Part shown: piece by piece, positions 10,112 to 17,834 of the stretch
Layout: each line of letters begins with the position of its first letter
How positions within the stretch are numbered: the first letter of the stretch is position 1
From: Rubripirellula sp.
GTDB taxonomy: Bacteria; Planctomycetota; Planctomycetia; Pirellulales; Pirellulaceae
NCBI GenBank assembly: GCA_965216875.1
Contig: OZ244207.1
Coordinates: 6,048,001 to 6,112,000 of the forward strand
Reading direction: 5' to 3'
Length of the DNA: 64,000 nt
Translations under genes and position numbers: made by a program
The notes under the pieces: generated by a model
Databases searched by the model: none
The model's input: the letters and a program-made list of their open reading frames with translations, nothing else
Told to the model about the DNA's origin: nothing

Positions 10112-10507
10112 CTAGGCTTCGTCTTCGCACTTTTCACATTTACACTTGCTGCAAGTGCATTCTTCGCAGTCGACGTCATCGTCGCTGCAGCAGGCGCAAC
10201 CGCTTTCGCAGCCTTCACAGCAGCTATCAGCAGCTTCCGCCTTGGTGCATGTGCCGCCGGCGCAACAGGACTTTTCAGCATCGGCATCAGCAGATGCCAA
10301 GGCCTTGTCGTCACAGCCGGTGCACTTGCATGCGGCGCATTGGCAATCATCGCACGACACCGAGTCGTCGGCACAACAGGTGCAACCAACTTCGCATTGG
10401 CCGCAAGCGCAAGCTTCGGGTGAGGCGGGGGTGCGATCAATGAACGCAGCGCCCGCGACAGCTCCTACGACGACAAGCGCGAGGAGCGAGAAAACAAATC
10501 GTGACAT
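10112..10507 (-). CDS. exported metallothionein-like Cys-rich protein (131 aa, 27 Cys)
   Basis: AAGGAGA RBS, ATG at 10507, hydrophobic N-terminus, two 12-Cys repeats built from CxC/CC/CxxC motifs, acidic. Confidence 0.75.
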   Translation of the reverse strand: MSRFVFSLLALVVVGAVAGAAFIDRTPASPEACACGQCEVGCTCCADDSVSCDDCQCAACKCTGCDDKALASADADAEKSCCAGGTCTKAEAADSCCEGCESGCACCSDDDVDCEECTCSKCKCEKCEDEA

Positions 10508-10625
10508 GGAGAGTCTCCTTCGTGAAATCCCCCAGGTGGATCGATGCAGCATCTGCATGCAAGCAAAGTCTGCATCACAGGGGATCAAAGCAAATTGAAA
10601 TGAAAGTCGATTGATCGGGTTCGAC

Positions 10626-11093
10626 TTATTTCAACCAGCGACAAAGGAGAGAGCAGCGCGCAGAGGCATCATCAACAGGAAGAGATGCCCTCCAATCTGC
10701 AGCCGCGAAATGGGAAGCAGGAGCAGCGACAAGGTGGGGCACGGCCGCCCCGATCCCAGCATCGTCACTATCATCCGATGGGTTTGCTACGGTGCTTGGC
10801 GTTGCTTGGATGACAACGAGCTCACAGCACCGAAGTGCACACGAACAGTCGTCAAGCATCGGATCGGTTTCGGCCGCGACCTTCGCGCCACCGCTTTGGC
10901 AGCAGGCCGATTCGACTTCAGCCGAACAGCAAGCGGACTCGCGTTCGGCCTGATCCGACTGACAACATTCCGCTCCGTCACCACGTTCACAGCAACAATC
11001 GGCTAGCGTGAACGCTGGCCAAAAGCAGAGTGACACCACGGCCAGCCAAGCTGGCAGCAGTCGAATCGCTCGTGGGAGGAAAGTTCGCATCAC
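10626..11093 (-). CDS. Cys-rich membrane/exported hypothetical protein (16 Cys), possible cis-acting leader
   Basis: hydrophobic N-terminus, CCC/CC clusters, C-terminal RCSLLCRWLK. Confidence 0.7.
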   Translation of the reverse strand: MMRTFLPRAIRLLPAWLAVVSLCFWPAFTLADCCCERGDGAECCQSDQAERESACCSAEVESACCQSGGAKVAAETDPMLDDCSCALRCCELVVIQATPSTVANPSDDSDDAGIGAAVPHLVAAPASHFAAADWRASLPVDDASARCSLLCRWLK

Positions 11094-11099
11094 AATTCA

Positions 11100-11129
11100 A
11101 TGGTATGCGGTGCAACCAAAACAGTTCAA
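11100..11129 (-). promoter_or_regulatory. possible sigma70 promoter giving a leaderless mRNA
   Basis: TTGAAC-18nt-TACCAT; the -10 box ends 6 nt before GTG-ATG at 11093/11090; no SD seen. Confidence 0.4.
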
Positions 11130-11260
11130 GACTTTTTCAGATAATGCCCAAAACCCCCAACAATCCGGCAGAAAAAAGGGATCAAGACGCTTTTTGGCGG
11201 GCCAATTAGCTGGAAAAGCAGGCTTGGAGGGCAAAAGAGATCTGCCCCTTTTCCCGCGAC

Positions 11261-12076
11261 TCAAGAGTGTCCTGACACCGTTTTGATGCGGTCAGCGATG
11301 GCCTGGGCCACCAGGGGATCGGGGCCGAGGTAGTCAGACAGCCGAAAGGCGATGTCGGGGAACGACTCAGCCGCTTCGCCAACCTGTCGAGCGATCGCCT
11401 CGAACAGACGCCCCGTAAAGAGTAGGTGCGGGTGGATGATGATTGAATCGTAACGGTCGTCCTCGGCCAGGACAGCAAGCATTTCGACAAGCGATGGGGT
11501 CGCCATCGCATAAAACGCAGTGTGAACTCCAGCAAAACCAAAACGCCTCGCCACCACTTCGCTCAGCACGCGCATGTCTGCCTGAGCACATGCGTCGCGA
11601 TTGCCACGTCCAACCATCAACAATACCGTTCGGTCGGGATCGTGATCAAACGCCGAGGCCGTCTCTTCGAGCCGTTTGACGATCAGATCGATCATCGCAC
11701 GGTGGCGTGAGATCGGGCGACTGTAGCGTACGGTCGGTGGTGACCACGACTTGATCCTCTCGGCCGACTCGCCCTGGCACCGAGCAATGATGCCGGGGAT
11801 ATCCTCCTTTGCATGGCCAGCCGCAAACAGAAGCAATGGCGCGACACAAATCTCGCTGACGCCACCGTCGATCAAGTCATGCCAGACTTCCGAAATCGTC
11901 GGACGCTGAAACTCAAGCAGGCAGGCACCAACCGGCAATGGATCGAGTTGCTCTGAAAGAAGTTCGCCGAGCTCAAAAAACTGGCGCGTCCCTTCTTCGT
12001 CCCGCGTGCCGTGGCCAACAAGAATCACGGCAGACTTGGTCTCGGCTTGAAGTTTGCTCGGATGCAATTCATTCAC
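11261..12076 (-). CDS. sirohydrochlorin chelatase (CbiX/SirB family, two-domain)
   Basis: VILVGHGTRD, PLLLFAAGHAKEDIP, LMVGRG, PHLLFTG. Confidence 0.9.
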   Translation of the reverse strand: MNELHPSKLQAETKSAVILVGHGTRDEEGTRQFFELGELLSEQLDPLPVGACLLEFQRPTISEVWHDLIDGGVSEICVAPLLLFAAGHAKEDIPGIIARCQGESAERIKSWSPPTVRYSRPISRHRAMIDLIVKRLEETASAFDHDPDRTVLLMVGRGNRDACAQADMRVLSEVVARRFGFAGVHTAFYAMATPSLVEMLAVLAEDDRYDSIIIHPHLLFTGRLFEAIARQVGEAAESFPDIAFRLSDYLGPDPLVAQAIADRIKTVSGHS

Positions 12077-12158
12077 TTCGGAAAGATTGTCGATGCGTCA
12101 CGTCCCTTGGTGCTTTGAAATTCCGTTTCACCCAGGGACGGCTACCGAGCATCGATCG

Positions 12159-12542
12159 TTACTCGACCAGGTCCGAGTCCTTGAAGCCCTTGGCATTCAG
12201 ACTGGCTAATGCAGCGTCGAGATCAAAGCCGGCCTCGTAAGCAACGACGACTTGCCGGTTATCGATCGTCCCTTCTTCCTTTTGCTCGTCGAGTTCCACC
12301 GATGTCACGGCTTCAGCCCCTTCAAGCGTCGTCTTCACTTTAGGGTAGCAGGCAAACTCGCAGTGCATTGCCGGCACACTGATCGTGAGTGTGCCAGCTT
12401 CTTCCATCACGCGATGACTTGCTGCAGTCACCTTCGGCTCTGCGGTTGCGGCTGCCTGATCGTTCTCGCCGGGTACGGTGGCGATTGCGATCATGATTCC
12501 AACAGCCGCTAAAACGGCGACGATATACGCCATCGCTTTCAT
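12159..12542 (-). CDS. membrane-anchored heavy-metal-associated (HMA) domain protein
   Basis: N-terminal TM; TISVPAMHCEFACYPKV...L..KGF HMA fold pattern. Confidence 0.8.
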   Translation of the reverse strand: MKAMAYIVAVLAAVGIMIAIATVPGENDQAAATAEPKVTAASHRVMEEAGTLTISVPAMHCEFACYPKVKTTLEGAEAVTSVELDEQKEEGTIDNRQVVVAYEAGFDLDAALASLNAKGFKDSDLVE

Positions 12543-12807
12543 CAAAAAACTCCAGTCATGTCAGGTAGTGAATCGAGCAACGAAGACTCTGTATTTCTTA
12601 TTTGAGCCTCGACCAACACAGGATGCTCAACGCAGAGAAATTCGGCAACCCGGATGATGAGTTTCACGCCGTTTTGGAGCGGCGCAAAACTGTGCAATCT
12701 GCAATGTATTCGTCTTGACGCCCGCGCGAAGAATTGCGGAATGTCCGCTCAGGATTTCGCCACTTTAGGAAATCCGCGGAAAAACTTCGAAAATCACGGA
12801 GCTTGTT

Positions 12808-14112
12808 TTGAAGTCGCGCCTTATCGCCGCACTTGCGATCGCAATGTGCTTTTGCACACACTTCGCATCCGCACAGCAGCCTATTCCGACCATTTGGCAG
12901 GGTGAATATGGGCCTACGATGCTGGTCAACAACACCGTCGCGCTGCCCGATCCCTACGCCACCGTGGGCGTCCCATCCCAAGCACCTTGGACTGGACTTT
13001 CGCTGATCCCTGCGCAAGCGCCGACCCAAGACCGCGTCTGGTACCGCATCGAGTATTTGCGTTGGAAAACCGACGGCATGGATGTCCCCGCACTGGTCAC
13101 GACCAGTCCTGCCGGGACGCCTCAAAACCAAGCAGGCGTGCTTGGCCAGCCCGATACAAGTGTGCTGTTTGGTGCAGGTGAATTGAACGGCAGTGCGGTC
13201 AACGGCATTCGAACCAACAGTGGTTATTGGTTCCGTGGCGGTCGCTGGGCACTGGAAACCGAGTTCTTCAAGCTTGCCAGGCAGAATGACGCCTTCGCGC
13301 GTTCAAGTGACGGGTCGGTCATTCTGGCTCGACCCTACTTCAATGTTCTCACTGGCGCTCAAGATGCATTTCAAATCGCTTACCCCGGATCGACCTCGGG
13401 AGCTTTGCAGGTCTTTTCCGATACCAAATTGCGATCGTTCATGATCAACGGTCGTGTCGCGATGCTGCCTCGCGGGCCCGTCTGCGATCCCTGCGGCCAA
13501 CCCGTGCCTCAAGATCAACTCAGTCTGCTCATCGGTTATCGCTACGCGAAACTCGAAGACCGACTCTCGTTTGCACATAACCGCGACACGCTTCCACCTG
13601 CGGCTGCTCGAAGTGAAGTGGTTTCGGAAGCGTTTGAAACTCGCAATGACTTCGGTGGTTTGCAACTTGGTTTTGTTCACCAAAAGAACTTCCGCCGCGT
13701 TTGGCTTGAATCCATGGTTCGGGTCGCCGTTGGAAACAACCGTCAACGCGCCTACATCCGTGGAACCACGACGATCACTGATGGAGCGGGTACGAGCAAC
13801 AACGTCGGAGGTGTCTTGGCACAACGCACCAACACTGGCGTCTTCAAACGTAATCGCTTCACGATGCTGCCCGAGGTGGGACTGACGCTTGGCATCCGAG
13901 CCACCGACCGACTGCACGCCACGATTGGCTATTCCGTCTTTTACCTACCGAACGTGATTCGGGCTGGCGACTTGGTCGACACCGACGCGAACCCAAACCT
14001 GTTCCCACCAGAAACGGTACCGTTCTCCGGCGCACTGCGTCCAAGATTTCGATTCATCGATTCGGACTACTACGCACACGGCTTGAACGTCGGCGGCGAA
14101 TTCCGCTTCTAG
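12808..14112 (+). CDS. BBP7/DUF1551 family outer-membrane beta-barrel protein
   Basis: EYLRW, PALVTTS, ARPYFNV, TRNDFGGLQLG, C-terminal GLNVGGEFRF. Confidence 0.85.
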   Translation: MKSRLIAALAIAMCFCTHFASAQQPIPTIWQGEYGPTMLVNNTVALPDPYATVGVPSQAPWTGLSLIPAQAPTQDRVWYRIEYLRWKTDGMDVPALVTTSPAGTPQNQAGVLGQPDTSVLFGAGELNGSAVNGIRTNSGYWFRGGRWALETEFFKLARQNDAFARSSDGSVILARPYFNVLTGAQDAFQIAYPGSTSGALQVFSDTKLRSFMINGRVAMLPRGPVCDPCGQPVPQDQLSLLIGYRYAKLEDRLSFAHNRDTLPPAAARSEVVSEAFETRNDFGGLQLGFVHQKNFRRVWLESMVRVAVGNNRQRAYIRGTTTITDGAGTSNNVGGVLAQRTNTGVFKRNRFTMLPEVGLTLGIRATDRLHATIGYSVFYLPNVIRAGDLVDTDANPNLFPPETVPFSGALRPRFRFIDSDYYAHGLNVGGEFRF

Positions 14113-14115
14113 CAA

Positions 14116-14412
14116 GTAGGCCGGATCAAGGAGCAACAGCGACGCAGATCCGGCAAGATCAATACGCGGTCCACGCCTGAGCCGTACGCGCTAGCGTCGC
14201 GGGTTGGAGTCCAACAATCACCCTCCCGCTTGCGGGAGGGTCGGACGCAAAGTCCGGGGAGGGAACGCTCTCTAATCATGCAACCCTCTCCGGGCCTTAG
14301 AGCCCGACTCTCCCAAGGGAGAGTTTCAACATGCGCAGTTTCGAAGCCTGGTGGAAACGCAATTGCAGTCTGTAGCGTTAGCGTAGGGCCCGACGCTCGC
14401 GCGTTCGGCTCA
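14116..14412. repeat. composite REP cluster: family A (14116-14155); inverted family B pair (14178-14203, 14386-14412) enclosing a CCCTC/GAGGG element (14210-14324) and a 34-bp motif (14333-14366)
   Basis: each unit matches copies elsewhere in the window. Confidence 0.85.
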
Positions 14413-15564
14413 GGCGCGCAACACCAATAGCGATAGCTCGGGGCGACAATTGATCCGCATCAGATGCACGGCCCCAAGTCCTCTCGTCACGTGCAGCGTC
14501 GTCGGTGTCCGATAAAAATCACCCGATGCGTACCGACTGCCATGAAAACTTGGGCTGAGCAACGGTCCGGCCAACGGCAGACGCCCCTGGCCTCCGTGAG
14601 TGTGCCCTGCCAACATCAATGTGACGTCGTGCTCGCGAGCCCATGAAAACTGATCGGGGCTATGACTGAGCAGCAACCGCATCTGCTCATCACCGCGATC
14701 CTTATCAAGGGTCGGACGATCAAACCAAGGATGCTCGTTGCCGATCAACATGACGGGCACACCGCCAAGTGAAACATGCTTGGTTCGACCTCCGACATCC
14801 ACCCAACCCGCCTGCTCCATCGCACTGCGTGTGTCGCGTGGATCGGCGATTCGAGTGTCGTGGTTCCCCAATACAAAATAGCAACCGTCCGGCGCCGAAA
14901 CGCCTGCGAAAAGATCATCAATCCACCCGACACACTCTTGGGTGTCGATGATGTCTCCGGTGAGCGCGACCATATGTGGATTCCACTCCATCGCGCGCTG
15001 GACCGTATAGCGCATGTAGTCCGGTTTCACGTCACCAGTCAGATGGATGTCTGACAAATGAGCGATTCGGTAACCATCGAGGGCCGCTGGCAACCCAACA
15101 ACGGGAAGTTCGATCGTTTCGACCGATAGCTCAAAGATTTGATTGAGCGGCAGCGAGGCTTCGTATTTGCACTGCCGGGTTGCCGCGAGCGATATGCCAA
15201 CTTCCCTTTCAACGTTGACTGCCTCGACTTGGCGTTTTGCGTCAACCCATTCGATTCCCCAAAGGGGTCGCCAAAGCAACCAGGGCACACCCAGCACGAT
15301 CCATGCAGCCAGGCAAAGCCAAGAGTAGCCAAGCAACATGATCGGCAAGTCCGATTCGCCAGCAAGCCAACCGCCCCAAGATCGCCAAAAAAGCACGACG
15401 ATGATTGGCAGCACCAGCGCGTTGACGAAGAAGACCTTCACCATCCGCTTGACGCGTTTGCGTGGCCAGCCAAAACCGTTCACGCGGTTGTAGATCGCAA
15501 GGTGCAGCCCGAAATGGCCAATCACGACTGCAATCATCAGCAGGTATCGAATCCATGGGTCCAT
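14410..15564 (-). CDS. membrane-anchored metallophosphoesterase (YkuE/YaeI-like)
   Basis: SDIH, GDIID, GNHD, LLSHSPD, GHTHGGQ motifs; 3 N-terminal TMs. Confidence 0.92.
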   Translation of the reverse strand: MDPWIRYLLMIAVVIGHFGLHLAIYNRVNGFGWPRKRVKRMVKVFFVNALVLPIIVVLFWRSWGGWLAGESDLPIMLLGYSWLCLAAWIVLGVPWLLWRPLWGIEWVDAKRQVEAVNVEREVGISLAATRQCKYEASLPLNQIFELSVETIELPVVGLPAALDGYRIAHLSDIHLTGDVKPDYMRYTVQRAMEWNPHMVALTGDIIDTQECVGWIDDLFAGVSAPDGCYFVLGNHDTRIADPRDTRSAMEQAGWVDVGGRTKHVSLGGVPVMLIGNEHPWFDRPTLDKDRGDEQMRLLLSHSPDQFSWAREHDVTLMLAGHTHGGQGRLPLAGPLLSPSFHGSRYASGDFYRTPTTLHVTRGLGAVHLMRINCRPELSLLVLRA

Positions 15565-15628
15565 CAGCGATACCCACGACGTCGTGGCGATGATTCAAAC
15601 AAACAACTACGGACCATCGTCATTCGCA

Positions 15629-16138
15629 TCACAGCGCTTTTGGACGCATGAAGTGCATCAGTGTTGTCGGTGACGCCCATCGCAGCTCACACCACTGTTC
15701 GATCTCAACTTGAAAGATCGCGATTGCAGCGGTCGGCATGTCCATCGACTCATCAGCTAGTTCCGAGACCAAATAGGCTGTCCCCGGATTATGAGCGACC
15801 AACATCAAACACTCGGATGGGTCCCCGTGAGTCATCGCGACATCGAGCATCGTATCGGGCCGAGATAAGTACAGATCCTCGCGAAACGAAATCTGTGGCG
15901 ATTCATTCCACCGAGGCGTCATCAAGGCGACCGTCTCCTGAGTCCTCAGCGAGGAGGACGACAGGATCCGATCTGGAACGAGCTCCAAACCGGCCAGCCA
16001 ATCAGCCATTCGTGGTGCGGCATCGCGCCCCCGTGCGTTGAGTGGGCGATCGTGATCGCTAAGCGACGGATCGGCCCAATCGCTCTTGGCGTGTCGCATC
16101 AGGATCAGTGTTTTGGTCACTTTGGCGTCTTTTGTCAC
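15629..16138 (-). CDS. sixA: SixA-type histidine phosphatase
   Basis: LILMRHAKSDW, DHDRPLNARG, LVAHNPG, MPTAAI. Confidence 0.85.
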   Translation of the reverse strand: MTKDAKVTKTLILMRHAKSDWADPSLSDHDRPLNARGRDAAPRMADWLAGLELVPDRILSSSSLRTQETVALMTPRWNESPQISFREDLYLSRPDTMLDVAMTHGDPSECLMLVAHNPGTAYLVSELADESMDMPTAAIAIFQVEIEQWCELRWASPTTLMHFMRPKAL

Positions 16139-16342
16139 GGTTTGGCCATTACCCTAAGGTCAACTCTATTTCTAAGTCCAAATCGGCATTGTGAGCGTAA
16201 CATGCAGCCGACGCAAAGTACGCCTTCGGCAACGATTGCTATACTGCTTTGACAAATTTGGACGTCTTTTGCTGAACGCCGGGCTTCAAATCGCCGGTCG
16301 CTCTCAAAGCCTACATGCCTCACTTGTCCTGCTGGAAAATCG

Positions 16343-17671
16343 ATGAACCGTCTGACCTCATGTTTCGCGTTGGCCTGCTGTCTGCTCGTCACCTCCACTG
16401 CTCTTGCCGACAACTGGTCAGGCTGGATGGGCAACCAACGAGACGGAGTTTACCGCGAAACGGGCATTATCGACGAGGTGCCTTCGTCGGGGCTTGACGT
16501 CAAATGGCGAAAAGAGATTCATGGCGGATACGCGGGGCCCGCGGCTGCTGATGGCCGTGTCTTTGTGTTCGACTACGAAAAAGAATCGGGCAAGTCGTTT
16601 AACAATCCTGGTCAACGTGCCAACCTGAAGGGGAAAGAACGACTGACCGCCTTCGATTGGGAATCGGGCGAGCAGCTTTGGCAACACACTTACTCGTGCC
16701 CCTACAGCGTTTCCTACCCAGCTGGTCCACGATGCACGCCAACGGTCGATGGCGATCACGTCTACATCCTTGGTAGTGAAGGTGACCTGACCTGCCTTCG
16801 CGCGAGTGACGGTGATGTGATCTGGCATCGTCAACTCAAGAACGAATTCCAACTCGACGTGCCAATTTGGGGCTTCAGCTCGCATCCGCTAATCGATGGC
16901 GACTTGCTATACACCATGGTCGGTGGCCCAGGCCAAGGCATCGCCGCGTTTGACAAGAAATCGGGTGAAGTGCGTTGGAAAGCGCTCGATTGCAAGACCG
17001 GTTACTGCCCTCCCTCAATCATCAATGCCGGCGGCACACGTCAGTTGATCGTCTTTCATCCCGAAGGGATCGACAGCCTCGATCCATCGAACGGATCCAA
17101 GTATTGGAACATCGACGTCGAGCCTTCATACGAAATGTCGATCACTCGACCGATGGTCGAAGGCAATTTGATGTTCGTCAGTTCGATTCACAAGGAAGCG
17201 GTCCTGATCGAACTCGGCAAAAGCTCACCGACAGCCGAAGTGCGTTGGCGAGGCCAGCCGAAGAATGCCGTTCATTGTGCCAACAGCACCCCTTTGTTCG
17301 TTGGCGGTGTCATCTACGGAACCGACTGCAACGAAGGTTCACTGATCGCCGTCGACAGCAAAGATGGCTCGCGGTTGTGGACCACCTTTGAAGCAACCAA
17401 GCCAGGCGAAAAGCGTTTCATCAAGCATGGCACCGCGTTCCTGACCCGGGTTGGTCAGTCGGACCGATACTTGATCATGAGCGAAACGGGCGATCTGCAA
17501 ATGGCCAAGTTAACCAGTGATGGATTCGACGACCTCGGTCGCTTTCATGTTCTCGAGCCCACCAGCGAATGCTTTGGACGAGACGTCGTCTGGAGCCATC
17601 CGGCCTATGCCAACCAAACCGCATTCGTGCGCAACGACAAAGAAATCGTCGCCGTCAGTTTGGCCAAATAG
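16343..17671 (+). CDS. exported PQQ-like beta-propeller repeat protein
   Basis: signal peptide, WSGWMGNQRDG, GPRCTPTV, repeated G...W motifs, WSHPAYA. Confidence 0.9.
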   Translation: MNRLTSCFALACCLLVTSTALADNWSGWMGNQRDGVYRETGIIDEVPSSGLDVKWRKEIHGGYAGPAAADGRVFVFDYEKESGKSFNNPGQRANLKGKERLTAFDWESGEQLWQHTYSCPYSVSYPAGPRCTPTVDGDHVYILGSEGDLTCLRASDGDVIWHRQLKNEFQLDVPIWGFSSHPLIDGDLLYTMVGGPGQGIAAFDKKSGEVRWKALDCKTGYCPPSIINAGGTRQLIVFHPEGIDSLDPSNGSKYWNIDVEPSYEMSITRPMVEGNLMFVSSIHKEAVLIELGKSSPTAEVRWRGQPKNAVHCANSTPLFVGGVIYGTDCNEGSLIAVDSKDGSRLWTTFEATKPGEKRFIKHGTAFLTRVGQSDRYLIMSETGDLQMAKLTSDGFDDLGRFHVLEPTSECFGRDVVWSHPAYANQTAFVRNDKEIVAVSLAK

Positions 17672-17672
17672 C

Positions 17673-17834
17673 ACTCTCCCTTGGGAGAGTCGGGCTCTAA
17701 GGCCCGGAGAGGGTTTGTATGGACTATTCCCTCCCCGGACTTTGCGTCCGACCCTCCCGCAAGCGGGAGGGTGATTGTTGGAGCGCGCGTTCGCTAAAAC
17801 GCGCAGTTTTGAAGCCGAGTGGAAGCGCAATTGC
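17673..17834. repeat. CCCTC/GAGGG palindromic element (17673-17782) plus 34-bp motif (17801-17834)
   Basis: arms are the exact reverse complement of 14210-14265 and 14282-14324; motif is 30/34 identical to 14333-14366. Confidence 0.9.

Noticed and set aside
10146..10598. 150-aa Q/S/A-rich + strand ORF (and the 10105-10440 alternative frame)
   Set aside because: Mirror of the Cys-rich gene (TGC gives GCA/CAG); the minus-strand frame has the RBS, signal peptide and repeat structure.
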